DNA from: Balamuthia mandrillaris
Taxonomy: Eukaryota
NCBI GenBank assembly: GCA_031835245.2
Contig: JAVKOQ020000045.1
Location: 186,001 to 250,000 of the forward strand
DNA length: 64,000 bases
Direction of reading: 5' to 3'
The notes beneath the pieces are model-generated. The model was not told the DNA's origin, did not search any database, and was given only the letters and a program-made list of their open reading frames with translations. Shown here piece by piece: positions 14,001 through 25,700 of the stretch (within the stretch, counting starts at the first letter, position 1; each line of letters begins with the position of its first letter). A program made the translations under genes and the position numbers.

Positions 14001-14178
14001 CAGGAAGGAGATCACGGTGGAGAGCTTGGAGGAGTGGGACTTGCAGACATTGGCCAAGTTGAAGGACAACGTAAAGGGCTTCTTGGTGCAGTTTCCTCTG
14101 CACTTTTTGAAGGATGAGCAGATGTCTCCTACCATACTCAACAAGGAGTTCATGATACCGCGAAATGTTTTCCTTTGA
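9155..14178 (+). CDS. PLD: Phospholipase D with N-terminal DNAJC11-C-like domain, EF-hands and PH domain, multi-exon
   Basis: Two HKD motifs: WSHHQKF|VVIDEVVAFVGGIDLC and HAKVMIVDDRLAIIGSANINDRS. Also PRMPWHD, IYIENQYF, RDSEI. EF-hand DLDKNGFIERDE. PH segment LQGWLSK..KRWFVVENGCLAYF. Starts MGN. Confidence 0.9.
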
Positions 14179-14229
14179 GGCAAATAAATTCGAACAAATA
14201 CAATGAATGCAATGACGTGTTAAGAAGGG

Positions 14230-14480
14230 TTACTCTTGCCACAGTTTGTGTTGTGCAATGTAGTCTACTACTGGATCTGGAGTAAGGTACTTGAGTGACA
14301 TTCCTCGTTTCGCCAATTGCCTTGTGGTTGTCGTTAAAACTTTAGCTGGAGGAGAAAAGAAGATAATAAAACTTACCTCATTTTAGTGGAGCTGACATCA
14401 TTCACTATCCATTGTGGCACAAGGAAGATGTTGTGCTGTGGTAATACGCTTGTTAGTCTGAACCAACAAGTGAGAGAGCG

Positions 14481-14520
<40 letters not shown>

Positions 14521-15384
14521 TCACCTGATATTTAAACAAAATGTCATTGTTGAAAATGATTTCTTTGGCGTTACTTCCCGTCCTGTCCAGTGCCACTATT
14601 CCATACACTCCACATATCTTATGTTGCTGTTTTCCATTTCCCACAAAAAACGAACAAAAGTGTTTAGGAAGAAGTTCTCTGCTCAAAAAAAAGCAACTGA
14701 GACTACATACATGCTCTATGGCCCAAAGGTCTGGCACAGCAAAAGTGCCCAGCAAGTCAGCCCCACACAAGAGCTTGACTTCAAAGGGCGGCTCGCCTTG
14801 CGGGCGCCCCTCGTTGAGGACCTCGTGGAAATGGTCGAGCACCAGTTTTGTCGGCACAAACTCGCTGTGCCGACTCTCCCAGTCGTCCACCTGGAGCCAG
14901 TCGGAGCTCTCCACGGCTAGGCGGCACATGTTCATGCGGTGCTCCGCCGAGACGAGGCCTTTCTTCTTGTAGGCATCCGTCACGGGGGAGAGGATGCCGC
15001 CGACCACCTCGTAGCCTGACTCTAACGTGCTAAAGTAATCTCTGGCTGTCTCTATTTTTTTTTTTCAGTGGTTTGACGAAGAAGAAAGATAAGTCTGTTG
15101 GAAACCTTTGGGGAAGAGGAAAGATGAGAGAGAGATCAAGGAGAGATACCAAAGAGACGAAGGTGCATGAAAGTGATGGGCGAGAAAGAACCACACGCGA
15201 TCAACACCAACGGTTTGGCAGCCTCTGTTGAAGGTTACGGTAATGGCGAGAAGAAGAGAAAGAACCGCGCGTGGTGCTTTTAGTGTTAGTTCCTCTCTTC
15301 CGCCGGGTTTTTCAAACAAACAAGAAAAAATAACGCACGGTTCTTCCTCGGTAAGATCTTCTTGAAGAAATCTGAGTCGCTCAT
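14230..15384 (-). CDS. NMNAT: Nicotinamide/nicotinate mononucleotide adenylyltransferase, multi-exon
   Basis: Spliced reading MSDSDFFKKILPRKNQAAKPLVLIACGSFSPITFMHLRLF..GGILSPVTDAYKKKGL..WE..LLCGADLL..SLKYLTPDPVVDYI; stop TAA at 14230-14232. Confidence 0.93.
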
Positions 15385-15714
15385 CTTCTCCTGCTGTTGT
15401 GCCTCCCTCTCTCCTCCTTTGTTTAATCTCTTATTTTATTTTTATTTTATTTATTTTTTTGCCAAAAGAAAATAAAAAATAAATAAAATTTTTGGACTTT
15501 TTTTTTCGCTGATAAAACGATAATTTCCATATGAAGATAACCATGACGACATGACGTTTCCATGTAAGGAGATACCGAATGCTTCACATTCCATACATTC
15601 TCTGGCATTACCTGAAAAACAAAAAATAAGAAAAAGAAAAAACGACAAATAAACAGAGAAAGAGAGCAAACGTTGCGGTCTTGAGCCTCAATCCGCCGGA
15701 AAAAGAAAGCTGGA

Positions 15715-16860
15715 ATGACGGACAAGAAGCACACCAAAGGCGAAGGCCAAGAGGAACTGTTCGTGGTGGTGGTGGCCGGGCGTGACCTGTCCATACGGGA
15801 CGCCTCCGGCTCCAGCGACCCTTACGTGGTGCTCACGGTGAACGGGCAACACAAGCAAAAGACCCAGGTGAAGAAGCAAACGCTGAACCCGTCCTGGAAC
15901 GAAACCTTTTCCTTCCGGCTGCAAAACACGGCTGCTAGCCAGCTCCTTATTCAAGTGATGGACTGGGACCGGTTTAGCTCCGATGACTTTAGTACTCATT
16001 TCTTTCTTTCTTTCTTGGAAGCGCTTCTTAACCTTCTTTCTTACTTCTGTGAAGTGGGACAAGTGGAGATCCCACTGACGGAGGTAACGCTGAAAGGACA
16101 GGTCGACCGTTGGTTCGACCTCTCTCCAAAGAAAGCCAGCGGTAGCAAGAAGCCGGTCACCGGACAAATTCACCTCAAGCTCAAATGGTGGGCCAAGTTT
16201 CCTTCCACTGCCTCCGTCGCTGCTCCTCTACATGCCCAAAACTCTTCTACTTCCCTGGTAGTTCCTTCTTCTGCTTCTTCTCCTTCAACTTCACCCCCTT
16301 CTTCTTTCTCTAGATTTCCTTCTGCTCCTTCTTTTCCTTCCTCCTCGCCTTCTGCGTCTGTTCCTGCTTCTCCATTTGCCTCTGCTCCTTCCCTTTCTCC
16401 CTCTTTGCATGCTGCCTCCCCTTCTCCTTCTTCTCCTTCCCTTGCTCCTCCTCCTTCTCATCTCGCCGCTCCGGCTTCGCTCTCCCCTCCAACAAGAACC
16501 ATCGTGCCACCTCCTTCACCTCCTCCACTCCCTGCTTCCTTTCCACAACCGCAACCTCATCTTCAACCTCAACAACAACTGTATCAACAACACCAACAGC
16601 AACAGCAAGAAGAAGTGTATTATGGAGGAGGAGAACAGCATCCACAACAACCTCAAGGAGAAGAGGAAGAGTATAATTACAGAGAGGTATCGCCGATGTG
16701 GGACTTTGAGGCGCAGAACGAGGGCGAGTTGAGCGTAAGAGCCGGTGAAGTGGTGCTGGTGGTGGACGATGTCAGCGACCCCGCGTGGTGGCTCGTTCGT
16801 AAAACGGATGGCACGCATCAGGAAGGTTATATCCCAAGCAACTACTTTCAATCCACATAA
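15715..16860 (+). CDS. C2 domain + Pro/Ser-rich linker + SH3 domain protein
   Basis: C2: VVAGRDLSIRDASGSSDPYV..LNPSWNETF..DWDRFSSDDF|MG (63-nt intron 15992-16054). SH3: WDFEAQNEGELSVRAGE..WW..EGYIPSNY. Confidence 0.9.
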   Translation: MTDKKHTKGEGQEELFVVVVAGRDLSIRDASGSSDPYVVLTVNGQHKQKTQVKKQTLNPSWNETFSFRLQNTAASQLLIQVMDWDRFSSDDFSTHFFLSFLEALLNLLSYFCEVGQVEIPLTEVTLKGQVDRWFDLSPKKASGSKKPVTGQIHLKLKWWAKFPSTASVAAPLHAQNSSTSLVVPSSASSPSTSPPSSFSRFPSAPSFPSSSPSASVPASPFASAPSLSPSLHAASPSPSSPSLAPPPSHLAAPASLSPPTRTIVPPPSPPPLPASFPQPQPHLQPQQQLYQQHQQQQQEEVYYGGGEQHPQQPQGEEEEYNYREVSPMWDFEAQNEGELSVRAGEVVLVVDDVSDPAWWLVRKTDGTHQEGYIPSNYFQST

Positions 16861-17044
16861 ACGAACAGCATAAAACAAGAACACAAGAAAGACAAGTCGA
16901 AGAAGAACAAGAAAAACTACAAAAAAAAGAAGAAAAAAAGGGGTGTACACATATATCTCTATATACAAAGTTTGGTCTTATGTGCAATGAAGAAGCTAGG
17001 GAGTGATGACACGTTTTCAGTAGAGAAGAGAAGAACTTAGTTTT

Positions 17045-17275
17045 TTATGTTGAAGGTGCGATGATGACGATGGCAGACGACGTGGAATCAGAAGGAGTAG
17101 AGGACTTGGGAGGTGTATGTATGATACTTGCGCGGGACAATCCCCAAAAGCTTGCAGGTGAATGCTCTGAGGAGACTGCTGTGAACTTCCATCCCATGTG
17201 TGAATTACACACCTCGCAGTATGCTATTGTCCACGCATACCCTGGAAACCTGCACTCCGTTTTCATCAGCAAAAG

Positions 17276-17316
<41 letters not shown>

Positions 17317-18845
17317 AACCATGAGTCTTGGGTAGATGGCTCTCCATCTAAGCCAAGTCCCTGCGCTCGACGCAAGGTCAACGTCTGATGCACCCAGCCG
17401 CCAGCATTGACGTAGGACCCAACGGGACCTTCGTTGGACATGCAAAAGATGTCCTCTTTCTTGGCAACCACGCTGCCACAACGACGGCAATAGAGCAGAG
17501 CATATTTTTTCATGATGCGTAGCTCCCTGCGCAAACGATCCGCCGTGCAATTCACTTCAAGCAGCTGCTGTCGCGTGGTATTGTCCAGAGCGAGGTTGCC
17601 AGCAAGCCAATAGGAGAACATGGTTGCCTCGTGAGTGGACGAGAAGCGATTGTTGTGGTTGATATTGTCTGCATTGCTTTGATGGAAGAGTTCCATGTTT
17701 TGGTGAGGAAAGGAAGAGGGCGAGGAGGGAGGCTGGGCTTGGATGGTCTTCCAGAACCATTGGGAGGCCTCTGTCGCGAGGGCCTGGGTGTCATACATGC
17801 GGTACACCCACCGAGGCCACCATGTCACTGATGGTCCCTTCTCTCTCTTTCTTCGGTTGGCTGTTTATCGATAGAGGAATGGTTGGCTTTGTGTCACTTG
17901 AAACAAGCAACAAGTACGACCGCTACACGGACATGAGGACAAAACAAAACAAGAATGGAGAACACGAGCAACAAGAACAAAGCGGATAACAAAAAGGGGA
18001 GGGGGGGGGAAGCAGATACCAGACGGAGATGAAGAGCGATGCGATGGCATGTGCGCAGCAGCAGGGAAGGACGTCGGCTCCTCATCCGGCAGCATCAACA
18101 CCTTGGCCTTGAACAGGCCGCTATCCTCCAGCCAAGCCTGTAGTATGCGGAACCGCTCCTTGCCTTTGGTGAGGGCCACATAGCAGTGGTCCAGCCGCCG
18201 GACGGAACGGATCTCTGTGGTGGTGCCCACGGTCGCCACGTAGACCTTTGTGCGGCCCGTGTTCTGTACTTTCACTTTGGGGGCCGTGGTGGAGCCTGAA
18301 ACGTGGTTGACCACACCAAACATGCGTGCCTCGTTGTTGTTGTTATCTGTAGAGTGAACCAAAAAAAAGTTTGGAGGTGAGCATTGGGGCACACGCAAAA
18401 GGAGAGAGAAAGGGGGGACAAAGGACAACAAACTTTGGGAGAGAAGTTGGTCTATGACTTGTTGGTAGGGAGCGGCAAAGAGGCGAAGTGGCAGCTTCTC
18501 GCCAGGGAACACCACCACGCTGTGGAGAGGATAGATGGGGATCTCCAACGCGGTTGTGAGGTCGGATGGCTCGTATGACGCGACGGCATTGGTGCCTGTC
18601 CTAGACACCTCTTCCACTTCGCCCAAGTACTGATGGATGGCTGGCAGAGTGGTATTGTAGTTTATCCTCTGATCCTCTTCTCCTTCATTCTCCTCCTCTT
18701 CCTCCTCGTTATCCTCTTCATCTGCGAAGGCGCCTTCAATCCGGCATTGTTCCTCCTCTATTTCTTCTGGTTCTCCTTGCTGCTCCTCCAGTTCCTCTCC
18801 TTGTTGCTCCTCTCGCTCTTGCTCCTGTCGGGAGTCCCGCTCCAT
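17045..18845 (-). CDS. CRBN: Cereblon (LON N-terminal domain + CULT domain), multi-exon
   Basis: YNTTLPAIHQYLG; VVFPGEKLPL; GTTTEI; KGKERFRI; FSYWLAGNL; CRRC..YVNAGGWVH..SW|FPGYAWTIAYCEVCNSHMGWKF..FWGL. Confidence 0.93.
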
Positions 18846-19046
18846 CTCTCTCTCACTCTGTGGTCAAGACTAAAGCGGCTCAATGAATTTTTGTCGACGT
18901 GAAATTTCTCTGCTAGAGATGAGACAAAGAAAAAGACAACAGAAAAGGCCTTTTTATGGTAAGTTTATGCCCCTGTTTTGATTTTTGATTGGTGGTTTGA
19001 AACTTTCAATAGCAGATCAAAGCATTGAGCCGCTAAGCAATCGATG

Positions 19047-19124
19047 CTCTCTTCACTAAGGCGGCGCCAAGATAAAGGAATGTCCTTAGATCTTATGATC
19101 TTTGCGCCGCCTTACTCTCTTCAC
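19047..19124. mobile_element. 58-bp miniature inverted-repeat element (19057-19114) with 10-bp target-site duplication
   Basis: Termini TAAGGCGGCGCCAAGAT and ATCTTTGCGCCGCCTTA are 16/17 complementary. Identical CTCTCTTCAC flanks both sides (19047-19056 and 19115-19124). Confidence 0.75.
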
Positions 19125-19692
19125 TGTATATATAGATCGATCAGCACACGTCATTCTGCATCGATGATGTCACCTACCGATATATAAGGGAAAGGTGAGG
19201 TCACTTCTTTTGCTGTTACGTGACATCATGCATGATTATAAAAGGTGATGGTGATGTGGTTGGTTTGTGGCGGTTGGTAAATGAGCAATATTCTCCTAAA
19301 GAGGGTTAATTAGGTTTCCCTGTTGTCTCGGGCAATTGAACGGCAAATAGTTAAATGGGGTTGGCCAGCGGGTATGTCAGGCCAACGCGCAACGCCTCGA
19401 AAATAGCTACGGTTGCAGCGCCCACTATCGCTTTTGGGAAGCAGCAACGGGGTTTGGGGAAAGATAGGAAGAGGAGAAAAGAGAGAATAATAAAGCGGTT
19501 CACTGTTAGTTTTCTTGGTTCCAAAACACTGGCGCGGTGTGGCAGAAGCAGAAAGGAGGAGTACAACTACGGCCTTTCCTAATAATTCCTTCGCTTTCCA
19601 GTATTGGTAGCCTTTTGCTTTTTTCTTTTACCTATCGTTACAGGCCCCTAGTAAACTCATTCTTTTGTTAAAGAATACACAGATAGGGACAA

Positions 19693-20293
19693 ATGGCAGC
19701 GAAAGGAGTAGTACGGGTCCACTTCTTGGACAACTCCATGTCCGGCTTTGCCGTGGAAAGGAAGGACAGCGTGGTCACCCTCAAAGAGAAAGTCTGTAAC
19801 AAGCTCGGCCTTGGGGAGCAGCACTGGGACCTCTTCAGCCTGTTCGAGCGGGTGGAGGCGGATGGCTACAGACACCTCGAGTTCCATGAGAGCCCCCTTC
19901 TCATCCAGGAAGGTTGGGGCGAGAGCGTCTCCTCACCTTCGGCCGCTGCCTCTCCCTCCTCTCGCGCCTTTGTCTTCAAGCAGCACATGTTCCTGGACAG
20001 CCGAGAGGGGGACCTCCTTTGCGACCCCGTTGGCCTAAACCTCATCTACATGCAACACCAACACCAAATCAAAAACTCGCACCTCACGGTGACCCCTGAG
20101 GTGGCCGTTCGGTTGGCCGGCTTGCAGATGCACATTGTATACTCGGATCATAGCGCGGTGCACAAGCCTGGTTTTTTGACCGACAAGATCAACGAATACA
20201 TACCGCACCACTTGTTACCCACCAAACGGGCGGCCATTTGGGACGCTTTGATTCTTGGTCCGTTGTTACTTTTTTGATGTTTTGTTGTGTAAC

Positions 20294-20330
<37 letters not shown>

Positions 20331-20987
20331 GGCTGTCTTTTCGTTTTATCATCTTAACATTTTTTTAAAAAAGAGGAACACAAGAAACATGTCGGCAAGT
20401 CAGACAGCGAAGCAAAGTTGCAATACATCGCCACAGTGAAAAAGTGCGACTACCATCACGTAACGTTCTTTCCTCCCTGCACCATGAAGCGGAAAGGCGG
20501 GAGCAGCAGCAATAGCGGCAGCATGAGCAGCATGAGCATGGGCTCCAGCGCCTCGCTGGCGGCCTCTGGCGCACGAAAGCTCAGCAAGAAGGTGGTGTTG
20601 GGAGTGGATGAGAACAACATCTACGTCTTCCATACCAACAAGAAGAAGGAGAAGTTGCTCTTTATGCGAGTGCCCTTCACGGAGATCATTAAATGGAGCA
20701 GCTCTCCCACGGCCTTTGCTTTTGAGGCCACTACCAGTGCCAGCCCTGTCAATGCCCAAGCCGGAGATACTTACGTCTTCATCACGCGCTTTGGAGGAAG
20801 CGTGGCCTGGCTCATCCAAAGCTATGTGGATTACCTGGTGGACATGCTGACTGCCTCGGAGGATGAGACCACGTCCCGCACCTTTACTGGTACCACTGAT
20901 CCTGCCCTTACCGCCAACGAGTTCTCGGAGGAGGAAGAGACGGATTCTTCTGGTTCAGAGGATGATGACTCTGAAGTCTTCTTTTAA
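19693..20987 (+). CDS. FERM-domain protein with acidic C-terminal tail
   Basis: F1 (VRVHFLD..KLGL..FSLFE), F2 (LNLIYMQ..AVRLAGLQMHI..KPGFL..EYIP), F3/PTB-like (VVLGVDENNIYV..IIKWSSS..LIQSYVDYL). One intron at about 20258-20374. Confidence 0.85.
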
Positions 20988-21063
20988 AATATAGTATCGT
21001 TTGTATATCTATCTACACAGTATCTTTCTTTTTTCGTCGTCTTCATCCTTCGATGTCTCCTGT

Positions 21064-21920
21064 TCATATGCCGTACATGCGAGTAGTGTTTTGGCGAATG
21101 GTGGAATAAACTTTTTGTAAGCTAACTTCCTTCTCTTTCGCGATTTGTCTGGCTATCCATGGTATGTGTCCCGAATGACAAACTCCTCCTCTTCCCCCTC
21201 GTCCCCTGCCTCTTCCTCCTCGTTCAGGTTTATCTCTAACTTGTTGTCTGTTGCGGGGAAGCATGTACGGTCCATCTGTTTCGAGGAGTATGCGATCTAG
21301 CGGGACTACTCGCACAACTTTGCGCAATTGTTCGGCGTCTGGAAATGTAAGAACACCAGTGAAGCCGATGTACGCGTTTGGAAAAGTTGATAGGTAACGC
21401 TTTGCTTGTTCGACCGAATCTGTGAAGCAATGAACCTGTTGACAGAAGTATGAGGAAAATATACACCAAACAGAAGAAAGATAAAACAGAATTTACATAT
21501 AAAAAAGAAGGAAACGCACATGAACGCGCCAGTCGCTTGGCATATTGGATTGTAGAATGTCAAAGGTATCTTTTTCTGCATTTCTGGAATGAACGACGAG
21601 AGGTTTGCCAAGCTCCACGGCCTTGGCCACCTGGGCAGCAAATGCTGTTCGCTGCACTTCTTGTGGGGATAAGTTCTTGGCATAGTCCAACCCGCATTCT
21701 CCCCATGCCACCTTCATTTGTTACAGAAATGAGAAGAAGAGGAAGAGGAAGACAAGGATAACAAGAACAGCGTAACCTACTGCTTTAGGGTGTTGAAGGC
21801 ACTCTATGATTTTCTGTTCAGTGGACTCGTTGTAATACTTAGCGTTGTGAGGATGCATGCCTTAAACACAGTGAGTGAGCAAAGAAAAATAGAAAGCAAG
21901 TTCAAAGTGTCAGAACAAAA

Positions 21921-21960
<40 letters not shown>

Positions 21961-22544
21961 CTAGCATCAAACCAAAGGCAGCATAAATGTTTGGAAAAGT
22001 GTCCAAAAGGTCCGGCCAGGTGGCGAAAGAAGGAGAGAAGGCACTAGGGTCACAAAACACAGTAATGCAGCCCCCAAAATTACTTGGCAACCGAAACCGT
22101 TTCTATTGAAGGCAAAGAAGAGAAGTTTGTTTCGGCTTTGGTACATGACGATAGGGGAATAGTTCAGTGTTGTCAAACCTGAAACTCTTGCCAGGAAGGC
22201 AGTCGCAATTTGTCCAGCACGTAGTCTATATGGCAGTGGGTGTCGATGTACTCTGGCATGTCAGACTCTTCCAGCACATCGGACGAAGTAGTGCTTGAGC
22301 TATCCTTCTCACAAGGACCGCTTTGTTTTGAGGTTTGCCGTGCTGCTTCGTTTCCTCTTCCACCTCTGCCTCCACCTCGCGAGCGTTGGGCTCTGCCCCT
22401 GCCTCTGCCTCTACCCTCTGGCCTCTCGCGGCTCGCTTCAGAAGCACTCAGCTCTGCCTGCACATGCTGCTCCAACCGTGCCAACGGGACCCGTTGCCCA
22501 CACAACGGGCATTCCCCATCCTTCTCTTGGCTCCTCCCCTCCAT
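21064..22544 (-). CDS. tatD: TatD-family nuclease (TATDN2-like) with N-terminal UBZ-like zinc finger and RGG segments, multi-exon
   Basis: YIDTHCH; AWGECGLDY; PLVVHSR; VH|VHCFTD; ILLETDGPYM; CHSGHIP. N-terminal CPLCGQRVPLARLEQHV and GRGRGRG. Confidence 0.88.
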
Positions 22545-22778
22545 GTGCGCATCACAGTCCCGCCCGCTACTCAAGTTTCCTATTAATGTCGACCATTCCA
22601 GCAGGCGTATGACATCAGCGGCCTGCTTTTCGGGGCTATAATTATGAGAAAGGTAAAAATCCATCACGTTTTCCCCCAAATAGGTTGGTCAGGTTTAGGT
22701 TTTTTTTTTTTGATTCCGCTGCTCTGCTACCTTTTTGCCATGGTGTGGTAGAGCGGGAGAGAGAAGGGGAGCATCATC

Positions 22779-25700
22779 ATGCAGAGAGTGACGGCGACGG
22801 CCACCGCAGCTGTGACCACCGCTGCAGAGGAGCGACGAGCACACGTGCATGGAAGGGAGGAGGAGATGGTGGTGGAGGAGGAGGAGCTCTCCTTCTACGA
22901 ACAAGACTTGTTGGCGGTCTATCAGAAGGAAAATGAGGCCGGCACGTTGGCAGGGTGTTGGAAACCAATCAGGAGGAGGCTGCCAAGGCGCAGAGAACAG
23001 GTCCCCTCATTCCTGTGGCTCTTACTTTTGGGCTATCTTCCTTTCCTTCGGTGGCTTCCTGCCTACAAAACATGGTTGGTTGCGTGTTTGTGATGTCCTT
23101 CTCTTGTTTTTAACATCCTTCTCACTATTGGTTTGTAAACAAACAAAGGCCACCAAGCAAAGCCTATTGGCGGTATGACCTACTGGCAGGGTTAACGCAT
23201 GGCGTGATGGTGATACCGCAGGGCATGGCCTATGCTACGGTGGCGGGCCTGCCACCCAGTTATGGTCTCTACACGGCCTTTCTGCCGCCGCTCATCTACC
23301 TCTTCTTTGGCTCCTCCCCACAACTGGTGGTTGGCCCAACAGCTGTGCTTTCTTTGATGGTTGGCAGTGCTGCAGCTAGCTTTGATGCGGCCCCTGGTTT
23401 GTTGCTTGTTATTTGTTCTTTCTTTCATGTTTCCTCTGTTCTTGTAGTTCTTGTAGTTTTGTTCTTACTCTTCTTTATTGGATGGTTTATGTATGAATGA
23501 TATGCAGGAACGGAGAAATACTTGCATACCATTCTGATAGTGACCTTCATGGTCGGAGTGATGGAATTGGTATTGGGCCTCCTTAAAATAGGTATAACAA
23601 ACTCTTTTGCTTCAATGTTTTAATGCACAAGTTTTACCTAGTCTCTCGTTTCAAAAAGGTTTTCTGGCCGACTTTTTGTCACATCCATTGATAACAGGCT
23701 TCACAGGTGCAGCTGGTATTCTCATTGCAGGAGGGCAAGTACACACAATACTCGTAAGTAGTTAATAGACTTTTCTAATAAGCCAACTAATATTAATATT
23801 TTCTTGGATTGTTTACTTCTTGTTCTTTGAAACAGGGAGTATCTTCCAAAAAGACGGACGAGCTTCAGCAGATAATATCAGAGCTTTTGCAGCATATAGA
23901 TGAGATTCAGTGGTGGTCGGTGCTGATGGGAGCGCTTGCTATCCTCTTTCTGTTTGCTCTCAAAGCCATCAAATGGACAAAGCATTTGCCTGGGCCGTTT
24001 TTGTTGCTTGTCTTCACTACATTCATCACGTGGAGCTTTGACTTGAACAAATATGGCATCGCTATTGTTGGGGATGTGCCTCAAGGTAGAGCACTTATGC
24101 TTTAACCTGTTTTACTGTCTTTCTGCAACATGTCTCTTCTATTCTGTTCTAGCTGACATTTTTTGAGACAAGACTGAAATTTGTTCTTTATTGCAAAATC
24201 AACGATAAAAGGCATGCCAAATGTGACAGCGGCAAGCTTGCATATCAATGGTGAAGTACTGAAGAATCTTTTTTTCCCATCAGTGGTGATCGCTATAGTA
24301 GCTTTCATTGAGTCCATATCCGTTGCGCGAACATTTGCCATTATGTATAGTTACTCGCTTTATGCTTTTATCATACCCTTTCGCTTTTCTTCTCTAACTT
24401 CTCTCTTCGCTACTCTCCTCTCTCTCTCTCTCTCTCTCTCCCTCCCTCCCTCCCCCTCCCTCCCTCCCCCCTCCCTCCTCCCCCTCCCTCCCTCCCCCCT
24501 CCCTCCCCTCCCTCCCCCTCCCTCCCTCCCTCCCTCCCTCCCTCCCCCTCCCTCCCTCCCTCCTCCCTCCCCTCCCTCCCTCCCTCCCTCCCTCCCTCCC
24601 TCCCTCCCTCCCCTCCCTCCCTCCCTCCCCTCCCCCTCCCTCCCTCCCTCCCTCCCCCCTCCCTCCCTCCCTCCCTCCCTCCCTCCCTCCCTCCCTCCCT
24701 CCCTCTCTCCCCCCTCCCTCCCTCCCTCCCTCCCTCCCTCCCTCCCTCCCTCCCTCCCTCCCTCCTCCCTCCCTCCCTCCCTCCCCTCCCTCCCTCCCTC
24801 CCTCCCTCCCTCCCTCCCTCCTCCTCCCTCCCTCCCTCCCTCCCCTCCCTCCCTCCCTCCCTCCCCCTCCCTCCCTCTCCCTCCCTCCCTCCCTCCCTCC
24901 CTCCCTCCCTCCCTCCCTCCCTCCCTCCCTCCCTCCCTCCCTCCCCCCTCCCCTCCCTCCCTCCCTCCCTCCCCCCTCCCCCTCCCTCCCTCCCTCCTCC
25001 CCTCCCTCTCTCTCTCTCCCCCTTATAAAGCAATGGCTATGAGATTGATAGCAACCAAGAGCTTGTAGCTCTAGGACTATCTAATATAGGCGGAGCTTTC
25101 TTCAGCTGCTATCCAGCCACAGGTTCTTTTTCTCGTACCGCTGTGAATGCTCGGGTGGGCGCTAAGAGTGCTATGTCGAACCTGATTGGGGCTATAATTG
25201 TTTTGTTTGCGATGCTCTTCCTGACTCCTCTCTTGTATTATCTTCCTAATACTATTCTTGCTGCCATCATCATCAATGGTTTGTTATTTTTTGTTTGTTT
25301 GTGGGAAAAAGCGTTTAGCTTACTAGTCTCTTGTTCTCAATCCCTCCCTCTCAACGATGCCTACATTGTAAAGCAACCGCCACTCTTCTAAACTTCAACG
25401 AGGCGCGGTTTATTTATAAAACCAAGAAGCTTGATTTCTTGGTTCTTTTGGTTGCTTTCCTCGGAACACTCTTTCTGGGTACGCATATCTTCTTGCTTCT
25501 CTTCCCTGTATGCTCTCTTCTCTTCCTTTCTCTTCACCGTTTTTAATGACATTAATAACAGGAATTAAGTATGGCATACTCGTCGCTTTCGCGGTATCGG
25601 TATTGATCGTCCTGTGGAACAATTCCATGCCCAGTAACGCCCTTTTAGGCTATTTCTCTCCTCCTTCTGTTCTTCCTTCACACAGCAATTATTTCCCTCA

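Noticed and set aside
24181..25068. Pro/Ser/Leu-rich and Gly/Arg/Glu-rich ORFs resembling formin or extensin
   Set aside because: Translations of the intronic (CCCT)n tract; flanking exons splice cleanly into SLC26.
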